Shown here piece after piece: positions 39,633-50,469 of a DNA stretch of 64,000 nt. The stretch lies in contig CM060731.1 of assembly GCA_030704615.1 (NCBI GenBank), positions 8,804,001-8,868,000 of the forward strand. Reading direction: 5' to 3'. Under the pieces are notes generated by a model. It had not been told where the DNA came from. It saw only the letters and a program-made list of their open reading frames with translations, and made no database searches. This DNA is from Takakia lepidozioides (lineage: Eukaryota > Plantae > Bryophyta). A program made the translations under genes and the position numbers. The first letter of the stretch is position 1, and the number at the start of each line of letters is the position of its first letter.

Positions 39633-40294
39633 TGTCGTGCGCATACATATCGCTACACAACTACATCGCTGTCCAAAACCACACAACACATGTGCACACC
39701 ACACACTAGTATACCACTAGTCCACCACTAATCCAGCCACTAGTCCAACCACTAGGCTACAACTAGTCAGCCACTATGGCAGTCACTAGTCCACACAATG
39801 ATAAAGAAGAAGAATACAAGCACGAGCTCACAAATCTGAAGCATAACCTCATGCATATATAACCTCATCACTCAAATACAAGTCAAGCCAAGTGCACCCC
39901 ACGCCATGGGGAATCCACACTACGGCGCCATAGCTAGGCGCGGTGAGGCTCAACTCGAGAAAGATGAGCCTTCCGCGCTTGCCGTGAAGATAACCACTCC
40001 AGGGCCTAAATCTGCCTTGACCCCTGGATTGACACTTGGGCCAATCCCAAATGTCAATATGTAAAAGCTAGCTATTTCCTAGCTAGTTTCACACTAGTGG
40101 TAAAATAACTTGACAGCTGTCGTGCGCATACATATCGCTACACAAATACATCGCTGTCCAAAACCACACAACACATGTGCACACCACACACTAGTATACC
40201 ACTAGTCCACCACTAGTCCAGCCACTAGTCCAACCACTAGGCTACAACTAGTCAGTCACTAGGCTACCACTATGGCAGTCACTAGTCCACACAA
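39633..40294. repeat. Left terminal repeat block A-B-A'
   Basis: A 39633-39798 is near-identical to A' 40118-40294. B 39799-40115 is near-identical to B' 49210-49524. The B/A' junction is TGACA-GC-TGTCG. Confidence 0.93.
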
Positions 40295-40553
40295 TCGCCC
40301 CCATAGCTGGTGCTTAGGTCCCTCTAAGTCCAGGTAGCCACAAAATGTGATAGTGACCATAGCCTCACTAAGTCCTCCACCACTATCCCTACTACACTCA
40401 AACTCAATAGATCAAGAGGCCGGGTGCAAGAGTTGCCCCATTGTTAGTCGCCGTCTTGCAACCTATGAACTTGAGCTTGGGATCTCATGTATTGACTCCT
40501 ATGAGCTTGGCCTCCCATGTCTTGTTAGCTGCCTCCAGTCATGTCCACTGCCA

Positions 40554-40700
40554 CTATCCCAAGCAGTGTGGACACAACCAATCTCCGTCAGGAACCTTCT
40601 CAAGAGGTGGTGTCAAGCATCCCATATGCCAACCCCTTGAGCATCGATCACACACCAGCATGGTGGCTGCCCCTTTGGCAGATTCACAGAGCATGCACCT
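40554..40700 (-). CDS. PHD finger at the C-terminus of the retrotransposon integrase
   Basis: CMLC...MLVCDRCSRGWHMGCLTPPLEKVPDGDWLCPHC is a canonical C4HC3 PHD finger. Confidence 0.93.
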   Translation of the reverse strand, partial: RCMLCESAKGAATMLVCDRCSRGWHMGCLTPPLEKVPDGDWLCPHCLG

Positions 40701-43700
40701 CAAACCTGCAGGTACCACTGCCAAGTTTGGGTCAACTTTGCCATCGACATTGGGAAGGTGACATGGCGCACAATTACGCACATGGTCCTTCCAAGTCATG
40801 CCATCCCGACCCTCCAAGATCAGGACCCCTGAGGGCAACACCTCTCGAACCCTCAGAATAACACGCCCTGCAGTAACATCCAGAGTCGTAGGAGCAGTCT
40901 GCTGCAAATAAACATAGTCACCAGGGCTAAACCTCCAAACCCCAGGACGATATCCTCCACCACGTATAGTGGCATACCTCAACGTATCACGGTGTTGTGC
41001 AATGGCAAGGTTCTCAAAAGCCATGGGCATCACTTTCTTGAACAACTCTGCACGCTGATCACATGCACGTACCCACACGTCCGGATCGTCAAGGTTAAGA
41101 ACTTGAGCAGTGTCCCTACGAATGGCTGCAGGCAAATCCGGCTCTCGCCAAAGAAAAGGAAATATGGTGAGAAGGAGGCAAGTGATGCTTGTTTGCTGAA
41201 CCTGTAGCCCATGGCTAACCAAGGAACCTGAAGATCCCAATCTCCTAGGTGTCCCTTCTGCAAGCCATACTTGCGCAAACCCCTCTTCACCGTCTGAACA
41301 ACTCTCTCTGCTAAGCCATCGGCCTCAGGATGATCCTGAGAAGTGGTGCGGTGGTCTATCAAGGCTTTATCACACAAAGCCTGAAACTCCCCCAAAAACT
41401 CTCTCTCTTGGTCCGTGAGTACCTCAGCTGGAGCACCAAATCGGCTAAGCACACGATCCAAGAATGCATACGCAGCCCCCTCACTAGCCTTGTCAGGCAA
41501 TGGAACCAACTCAATCCACTTGGAGAAGTGCTCCACCATCACCAACACATATCTGTGGTGGCGCATAGTCAGTGGCAACGGTCCTGCGAAGTCAAGACTC
41601 CACCTGTAGCCCAATCCCATGATTGGTAAAGGATGCAACTGTGGTGTAGGGGCGTTGAATGAAGCACGCACCCTGTCACACACCATGCACCTAGCCACGA
41701 ATTGTTGCACCTCTGTATGCATACCACGCCACCAATACTGCCCCTGCAGTAAACTGTGAGTGCGTCGCACTCCAAAATGCCCCAACTCCTCATGGGCATG
41801 CCGCACTAACCGTGCATGCTGTGTGGGGTGAGGCACAATCCTCACCCGACCATCCTCCCACACTCGAAGTAGGTGTATCCCCTCCCACTTGAACATCTTG
41901 GCTCGTTGCAGGATCCGATCCCTCTCCCTGGCAGTCACAATGGCTGCCGTGTCTCCCGTGCGGAGGTAGTCCAACACAGCCGAATCCTCATGTATATCTC
42001 TGGCACCACCTAGCTCAACACTAGCCTCAGGGTCCTCAGACACTCCGTCTACAGTCATCCCTGTTGTAGGTCCAATCTGACCTCCCGATGCCAAGATACA
42101 CAAAAATGCAGATGCGTGTCATCCCGGCATCATCTCCTCGTCCGTCTCATCATGCCACCGAGCTCCAATGTCATCCTGCTGGCTCATGCATGGATTGCGA
42201 CTCAATCCATCCGCATCCCGATTGACCAAACCCGGTCGATGCACAACCTGAAAGTCATACTCCTGGAGTATAAGTGCCCACCGTGCAAGCTTCCCTGTAA
42301 GCTTGTCTGACTCCATCAACCACTTGAGTGGCTGGTGATCCGTGACAAGGGTGAAAAGATTGCCGTATAGATAGCACCTGAAGTGTGCCACGGCCCACAC
42401 TGCAGCTAAGCACTCTCCCTCATATGAGCTGTACTTAGCCTCTGCAGCGTTGTTCGAGCGGCTAGCGTAAGCCACTACGAACTCTCTTCCCTCATCATCC
42501 ACCTGTGTGAGCACCGCTCCAAGCCCCAGCATGCTCCAATCCGTATGCAGCTGAAAGGGACGCCCCCTGATAGGTCGTCTCAGGATAGGCGCCGAGCTCA
42601 ACCTCGCCTTGAGCTCTTGAAAAGCTCGTTCCTGCTCATCTTCCCACTGCCACTCCTGGTCACCTTGGTCAGCTTGGTTAGAGCCTTTGCAATGGTACTA
42701 AAATCCCTTGACAAACCGTCTATAATAGTTTGCCAACCCCATGAAAGCTCGAACTCGGCTCACATCCGTGGGGCGTGGAATTTGTGCAATGGCCTCTACC
42801 TTAGTCTATTGTACCCCCAATCCTCCAGGATATATCATGTGACCCAGATACTCAATCTGGTTGTGGAAAAACTTGCACTTCCCCGGATGCAACTTCAATC
42901 CGTGCGCTCTCAAGCGCTCCAATACCACCTGAAGGTGTCTCTCATGCTCCTCCATCGTAACACTAAAGATGATGATGTCATCTATGTAGCACCGAGCAAA
43001 GTCCACCCTGCTAGAATCCTATCCATGACTCTCTGAAACTCTGCAGGAGCATTCTTAAGCCCAAATGGTAAGAACCGCCACTGATATAGGCAATCCTTGC
43101 CGTGCTCATTGATCCCCCAGAATGCCGTCTTCTGCTTGTCCGCCTCCTTGATTGGCAACTGGTGATATCCGGATCGTAAATCCAAAGTGCTAAAGGCCTT
43201 AGCATGCCCGATGGCATCAAAGATCTCCTCTGGTGTTGGCATGGCATACTTATCGGACTTGGTCTGACGATTTACAGGCCGGTAATCACCGCACATACGT
43301 CTCTCCGTCCAATTGCCATAGACATCCTTCTTGGCTGGCATCACTGTGGCTGAAGCATACTCTCCACCAGAGAGCTCCACCAAACCTGCCTCCCAGAGAT
43401 CTTGAGTCCTCATCTGAATCAAAGACCTCTCCATGTCACTGTATCTATAGGGTCTCCGAAAGATTGGCGTGTCAGTGGCCAACTCAATACGGATCTCTTG
43501 ACCCTTCAGTGCTCCCAAGTCCTTCAAACTGAAGGCAAAGCAATTCCTGTAAGCCCTCAGGAACCGCCGTATACGTCGTCTCTCTCCTCCGGTGACAATG
43601 GGTCCAATGTCAGGCTCCCAATTGTCCTCCGTAACTGCAACCTTAAGTCCAGTGGGCTTAGAGGTAGATGACGCGTCCAGTGGTTGCTATGTTGCAACCT

Positions 43701-43989
43701 CTTGAGCAGTACTCCCTGCCTGCTCAGTCAATGACAAGGCCTCATCCTGCCCCATCATCTCATCCTTGAGACCTCCTCAACCCGAGAAGAATCCCCAACC
43801 TCATCCATCACAGCCGCCTTGGCTGCCAACTCCCTCTGAACCTCGAGCACCTCCCACGTGTGCCATGGATGCATGCACCCCGTGGTCCTCACATGCTCGC
43901 CCCCACTCACTGCCTGTACCGTCTCGGTAGGCAGAGAGACCATTGAGGGAAGTGTACTCCGCACTCTGCGTTGCTCAGCCAGAGCCAAG

Positions 43990-44960
43990 CTGATAATCCA
44001 GGTCAAGCAATTGAGATCCATTGCTTGCCCCAACACTTGACGACGTGATGCCTCAGAAAGAGACGACACCGCCGTGGTACCAGTGGTAAAACCCATTGCC
44101 CGCTCACGCTCGTCAGCATTAGGCTCCACTAACTGCTGCAACTGAGCATCCCACAGGAGGCCAGGTCCACTATCCCGGAAAGCATGCGATCCTGGGAAGC
44201 TGAGCAGTGTAGGTAATGCTGCTCGTGGTTGACCCACCTTGTTGACCCACCTTGTTGACCACTGCCAAAGGCGAACGGTCATCGTGTCTCACACGCTGAG
44301 ACTACCTCCCTGTGTCTAGAATGTTATCCACTGTGAGATGTGCTGGCCGTTGCACCCCATCAAATGCACGCTTGAGCAGTGCAAGGTGGCATCAAGTTAG
44401 TCCACCATAGCCGTGGACGATGAGCCCGTGACCCCACTGTAGCTGCATCTAGCAACACTGCTGACCCAAGCCACGACCGGACTTGATGCACACTAGCCAT
44501 CACCCTGGCCCGAGAATCGCCCATCAGTGGCACATTCTCCAAGATGTATGCTGGAGATACAGCTTGATGAAGCTGCAAGTGGCGCAAAACCCGCACCATC
44601 TCCCAAAACAGACCCGACCTCGAGTCTCGCAATCCATTGCCATGCCCGGCTGATGAATGCCCTTGGCAGGGCCAACCTGCCACTACCAGATCAATGGAGC
44701 CAACCCGCTCCAAATCATGCGCCCCCAGCATCAAAATGTCTGCTGGCAAGGCCTGCTGATATCCACGAATTGCAGACACCGACAACAACTCAGGGTACCG
44801 CTGCACCAACTGAGCAACATGGCAAAGTGAAACGCGTCGTGCAGTCTCATCCCTCTCCACATACAGGTAACGCCGAACTCGTACACCTGCTTGTAACACA
44901 GCAGCCAATCCGGTGCTGATCCCGCCAAACAAGTCCAGAAGACAAATGCCTTCATCCGGA
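43990..44960 (-). pseudogene. DNMT3-like C5-cytosine DNA methyltransferase domain inside gag-pol (frameshifted)
   Basis: Motif I LLDLFGGISTG, II YLYVE, IV DLVVAGWPCQ (catalytic PC), SGLFWE, VI YILENV, VIII AHRPRLWWTN, IX ERERAMGF, X RRQVLGQAM. Confidence 0.93.
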
Positions 44961-47589
44961 TATTGCCACACAATAGGTGTGGTGTCCAATGGAGACAATT
45001 GAGGTGGTCCTGGTGCAATCCCCACACTCTCCTCCTCTCCTGACGGTACAAAAGCCTCCACCCAGGCTTGTTGCACCCGTCGATCAGCATCCCGTTGCAA
45101 ATCCTTGCTCGTGCCCCACAATGGAGTCTGAGCAACCATGGTAGGCAACTCCGCCATACCATACATGTCATCCTGCTCTCCCGGAGGTGGTACATCCTCT
45201 GAATGAGCATTGCCCTCAAGCAACTCTCTAGGCCAACTCACTGCCGCTGTGAATGCTGCTAGTGTCGGCATCTTGCCTTGCTGGGCAACCGCAACTCCTC
45301 CTATGAACGTCACAGGGAGCTGCACACGCCGGCCCTCCCCTGACTGCCATGCAGCCTATAGGAAGCTGACTCCTCCCAAAAATCCAGGGTGAAGCCCATG
45401 GGTACAACCACTGCCCCACCAACCAGGACATCGTATGAGACTGCGTCTGTCACAATGGCCTTGGCTCGCATCACTGAGCCATCTGTAGGGTGATCCGGCC
45501 GTAGTCTGATAGCCAACTCACGCCGTGTCATGCCCGAGCCTGCTCCGATCCTCCCAGAGACGTCTGTATCTGGAAAGGACAAGGCTCCATATCCGCCTCC
45601 GTGAGGCCCAAGCCTGCAATAGCAGCTCTGCCCAGCATCAATGGCTGAGCTCCCGAGTCCAACAAGACCCGCAGTGGCCGGTACCTCTTGCCTGCCGGTC
45701 CACTCAAACAGAAATGCCATCCTGGTTGTCTAACATGACAACTCCAGGTGTCACCATGGCGCGCTCAATGGCTGGCCTAGGGCAGCTCCATCAACCTGGC
45801 AGCTGCAGCTTGCCATGGCGCCGCCGTGGCAGTCTTCAGCAGATCCACCTCTGGTCCCATGGCCCTCTGGCAGGAGGTGGACTCCCCTCCAACCTGAGCT
45901 GTAGCCTGGCAGCAGCCTCTGCTCTAGCTGCTGAAGCCGTTGGCCATGCCTTGGTCAACACCCTGACCTCCGCGTCCTTGGCCACGTTGAGCTTGCCCTT
46001 GGCCTGCACCTCGTGGCTGGCCACCTCGTCCTCTCTGGGCTGCTCCACCTCGCCCCCGGCCACCATTGTTCCCTTGGAACTGGCCTGGGCGCAACTCAGG
46101 ATGCAAACCATAACACTGGGCCTCTCCATGCCCGTGCTTGCCACAATGCCCACACTGCACTGTGCAGGCTGTGCATGTGCCGGCCCTTTGCCTCCCTCTG
46201 GCAATCCTTCTTGACATGGGGTCCTCCACATGTCCAGCACACCACATCCGCCCGTTGTTGGCCAGCAAATGAAGGGAGAGACCCCTGCATCTGAGGTCCT
46301 CTCCCCTTCCCTGAGCTTCACCTGAGCCCCCTTGTTGCCTTGAGCACGTTGAGGTAGTGGTTGGCTAGGAGCACCACTACCCCGTGGTGTCTCCTTAGCA
46401 AATCCCACCATGACCACTCGTTCCTCCACCATGTTGACTCTATCCGCTCTGCAAGCAAAACACATTTGCTAAGGTGGGTTGGGCCGCTTGTAGGAGAGTT
46501 GCATCCCGCACCCTTCTCCTCAGCTCCTTGTCCAATATCCCATACCAGAATTGGACTGCCTGAGCTTCCGTAACCCCTTGGGTTACATTTATCAAGCGCC
46601 TCATGCGAGTGAAAGCCTCCCTCAAGCTCTCGTCGGCTTCCGTTGGAACTCTTGCAAGCTCCGCAACTTCTCTGTCCTCACCCCTTGGTAGTTCCCTCTC
46701 AACTCTTCGAAGAACTCCACAACAGGGTTGAAGGCAGGCACGGGTGCTAGTGCTGGTGCGGTAGTGGCTTGGGTGGACGTCGTAGCTACTGTCCACCAGT
46801 CCCACTAGTCCACTGCTACTGCTGAAGCTGCCGGTGCAGCGGCAGGTGTAGCCACTGCCCTCGTGGCTCTAGTGCCCCTAGTGATGGGACACTGAAGGTG
46901 CCTAAACCCACACCGAGTGCCTCACGCAGTCACCTCCGTGTTGACACTCCCGGTCAAACATGTCCCTAACCCCCTCTCCACAAGGTAACCGGGTAGAGAA
47001 CCTGTTGCGGCTTTGGTTTACCCTAGTACCTGCATCCACCGCAAGCACTCCTATGGTTGGCTGGTCATCACCTCCAACCTCACCACAGGAGAAACAATGA
47101 TGGTCTGGCTGGTCATCACCCCAGCCTCACCATCGACAGCATGCTCTAGGACTGGCCGGTGATCAAATCCGGACCAATCACCTATAAAAACAAGCGCCCA
47201 CACAAAACTAGCATGGCGCACAGTCAAGCATGCAGGTATGGAGGGGATCCAAACACAAGAAATCAGAACGACAACTCCCCCACACCAAAAACAACTCCAC
47301 GGTGTTGCTCTTGCAAGGACACCCCAGCCCAAACCCGGACTGACTCTTGCCTCCACCTACGGAAAGGTCTTGGCCTAATGAGAGGGTGGAAACTACGAGG
47401 AAGAGAAGCTAAAGCAATAACCCCAGCATGCCCTCATCCCAACACTCTTCCTCTCCTCTCTTCCCTCACTTGCATGACCATGGGAATATCATGAAGATAC
47501 TCCTCAAACCGCCCTCCACGAGCTTCAAAATTCGGCCTTCAGACCACATGCCAGTCCTTAGGCAGTCCACCAGTGCCTCCACGAGTCAA

Positions 47590-47875
47590 CACGGGCCACA
47601 CAACCACCACAGCCCACACAGCTCACTGGTCACAGCCGTCACAGTCCCACAGGCCACTGGGCACAGCCTGTCACAGCCCGTCACAGCTGCCCACAGCACT
47701 CACAGCCCACAGTCACAGGCCACTGGCACAGCCCCACAGCCCACAGTTGTCACAGCCCCTCACAGCCCAGTGTCACTCAGGGCCCACAGCCCCTAAAGGC
47801 CTCAGGCACCACACCCCTCACAGCCCAAAGGCCAACAGCCCACAGCCCCACAGCCCTCACAGCCCCACAGGCCAT
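47590..47875. repeat. CACAGCCC tandem repeats in the retrotransposon 5' leader
   Basis: Many CACAGC(C/T)C units are visible. Four further ~100-bp-spaced (G)CATGCTCCACA(CA)TGC motifs lie at ~48390-48705. Confidence 0.85.
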
Positions 47876-49167
47876 CATCTGCCCCATCCATGGCCGCTCT
47901 GGCAGTTTAGCCATTTCTCCAAGGGGTTTAGCCACGCCAAGCTAGGGTTTGTGTCTCTTGGACTCTAGGCTTCTTTCCACCGAGCTATGGCGGCTGTGAG
48001 GAAATCAGCAAGGTATTCTTGCTCTTTCGGCTCCCACACACCACCATAGTAGCCCTAAGCCATGAGGGGGTTGCCACAAACCAAGCCTTCTTTCTCACTT
48101 AGCCTCCCCAAACACGCCACTAAACTCAATGGCAAACAACCAAGCCTGCTGGTTCCCAGCCCTTGTGAGCACTCATTCAAGCACTCTCCTTGGCCATAGC
48201 ATCTGTCTTAGAGCCTATTCCAGCCCCCTACACCTGCTGCTTCAAGAGTTGCGCTCCCTTCAAGCTTGAAGTTGAAACCCCAACTCACATAGGCCCTACA
48301 AGTGCTTTTCTTTCACTCCAAGTGGAAACCAGCCCTAGACCTTCCGTTCTAGCTCTCTAAAGCTTGAAAACAAGAGCCTCAATGGGCTGAAGGCATGCTC
48401 CACACATGCCCCACTCTCACCATAAGAGAATCAGCTCCTTTGCTTCATTTCTTGCACCCACAAACCTGAAAATACAAGCTTCAGCAGGCTGAAAGCATGC
48501 TCCACATGCCCTACAGGGAAACCAGCCCCTTCCTTCCTTTCTTGCACTCCCACACCTGAAAGTGCAAGCCTTCACCAGGCTGATAGCATGCTCCACACAT
48601 GCATTGCCCTCACATAAGGGAAGTCAGCCCTTCCCTCTTCCTTGCTTGCCCTCCAAGCTTGAAGATGGAAGCTTCAATGAGCTGAATACATGCTCCACAC
48701 ATGCAACCTCTTCACACAAGATATCAGCCCCCTATCTTGGCTCCTTGGCTCCTTGATGCTCTCTAAGACAAGACTAAGCACTCCACAGCCTTTGCCAAGC
48801 TCCTGAAACCCTAAGGCTTACATTTCCAGCCACCCTCGTTGGTCTGCAATCCTTCACACAATGAAAGCTCGCATTCCCAAGTCCAGTTCTCAGCTTTGCC
48901 ACCAAAGCCACTATAACCTGCTCTTGACTGGTCCTCTTCCCAATCGTGCTTGCTCATGCATGTACACAATCTGAAACCATCAAGGTGCTCTGGAATTACC
49001 TGCAGCATGGTGCTTTCATCTCTGAAGCTGAAGATCGAATGCCAAGGTCTACCACCTCGTAACCCACATCGCCTCCGCTTCTAACAACCAAGAGCTCCAC
49101 GTGTGCTCCTTGCATAACAACTTGGTTTCTCTCATTCTCAAGCAAAAACCACAAGTGCTACAACTAA

Positions 49168-49209
49168 CTCGTATCTGGCACTCACAGATACGAGCTCATC
49201 TTTCTCGAG
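49168..49209 (-). other. Self-priming-type primer binding site plus adjacent hairpin
   Basis: The 16 nt abutting B' (49194-49209, GCTCATCTTTCTCGAG) are the reverse complement of 49363-49378 inside the LTR. A 10-bp stem CTCGTATCTG/CAGATACGAG lies at 49168-49194. Confidence 0.75.
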
Positions 49210-49524
49210 TGATAAAGAAGAAGAATACAAGCACGAAGCTCACAATCTGAAGCATAAACTAAATCATTATAACCTCATCACTCAAATACAAGTCAAGCCA
49301 AGTGCACCCCACGCCATGGGGAATCCACACTACGGCCCATAGCTAGGCGCGGTGAGGCTCAACTCGAGAAAGATGAGCCTTCCGCGCTTGCCGTGAAGAT
49401 AACCACTCCAGGGCCTAAATCTGCCTTGACCCCTGGATTGACACTTGGGCCAATCCCAAATGTCAATATGTAAAAGCTAGCTATTTCCTAGCTAGTTTCA
49501 CACTAGTGGTAAAATAACTTGACA
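49210..49524. repeat. Right terminal repeat B' (partial 5' LTR)
   Basis: TGATAAAGAAGAAG...AAATAACTTGACA, a copy of 39799-40115. Confidence 0.95.
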
Positions 49525-50469
49525 GCTTATTTGACGGGGTGCCCATTCACTCTCCTCTCATGTATCTTTTGTTCACACAACAGCCGGGGGCTCCTACTCA
49601 TCGTTATTCTGGATGCAATACGTATCGGATCATGCGTGTTACATGTCTGATGGTGTTATATGACTGCGTCCATGTGCTATGGTTTCACACAGGGGTTCAC
49701 GGTTTTTTTCTTTCTCAATACATGGTGGCTTGGTAGACGGTTTAGTAATGGAGGTTTAGATGGGGTTGACATATTTGATGGGTTACGTGGATGTTGCGCT
49801 CGCAAAGCCACATAGGCTAGGGTTACATGGGTGGGGCGTTACGTTGGGGGATGCTAGAGTGTGAGCCCAGGAAAGAAACCCATTGCCCGCAAAACGTCTT
49901 CATCCATAATTACCCTGCAACCGCAAACAGAAACCCCAACCTTGTCAGCCTAGGGACCCACCTCAACCCCAACAGTGACCTCGTCATCCCGCCCTGTGCA
50001 TGATACTGCGCACTGACATCATCCATGGGACCATCCATGCATGGAACATTCATCCACAGTGCACATCCAATCTGGCTTCATCCATCCAAAAACATTCATC
50101 CTCCATCCATCCAACCAAATATTGGTGTGATGGCATATGTCCCATGACTATCTACTGGACTATGCACATATTCATCTCTATTGAAAAACTTTTATTGAAT
50201 GCACACGGTTGAATTGGAGAGCAATGTTTAGAAGGAAAACACTTTCAAATTCGTAGGACGCGGGGGAGAGAATGTTTCAATTCAGGGATGTGAATTTCAT
50301 TGTAGTCCGTGCTCATTACAACGGATGGTGGGAAAGAAATGGTGGTGCAACGGAAAAACGGAGAGTGTTCCCCTCATGTTCCATAAATGAATGCCCTCAA
50401 GTACATCCGTAGGTGGTGTCAACACTGCTACTGCTACCACTGGAATCTGTTGTACTGCTAGAAGTACTG

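Larger units (their letters stand above)
39633..49524 (-). mobile_element. Ty3/gypsy retrotransposon with C5 DNA methyltransferase and PHD finger; split/permuted LTRs
   Basis: Termini TGTCG...TGACA with TSD GCTT (39629-39632 / 49525-49528). Gag with two Zn knuckles (CWTCGGPH..KDC, CGHCGKHGH...C), protease LLDSGA, MTase, RT (RMCGDYRPVN, LDLRSGYHQ, PFGLKNAPAEFQR, YIDDII), RNase H (LHTDWS, VAYASR, YEGECLA, TDHQPL, ADGLSR), integrase (HEELGH..C..C, DFAGP, TDQ.REF, AERVVQ), PHD. Order PR-RT-RH-IN is gypsy-type. Several frameshifts. Confidence 0.95.

Noticed and set aside
39633-49524. DIRS/Ngaro/PAT tyrosine-recombinase element, suggested by split direct repeats and a methyltransferase
   Set aside because: It encodes an aspartic protease and a DDE integrase and has a TSD. 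No YR motifs were seen, and the MTase is C5-type rather than the adenine type found in DIRS.
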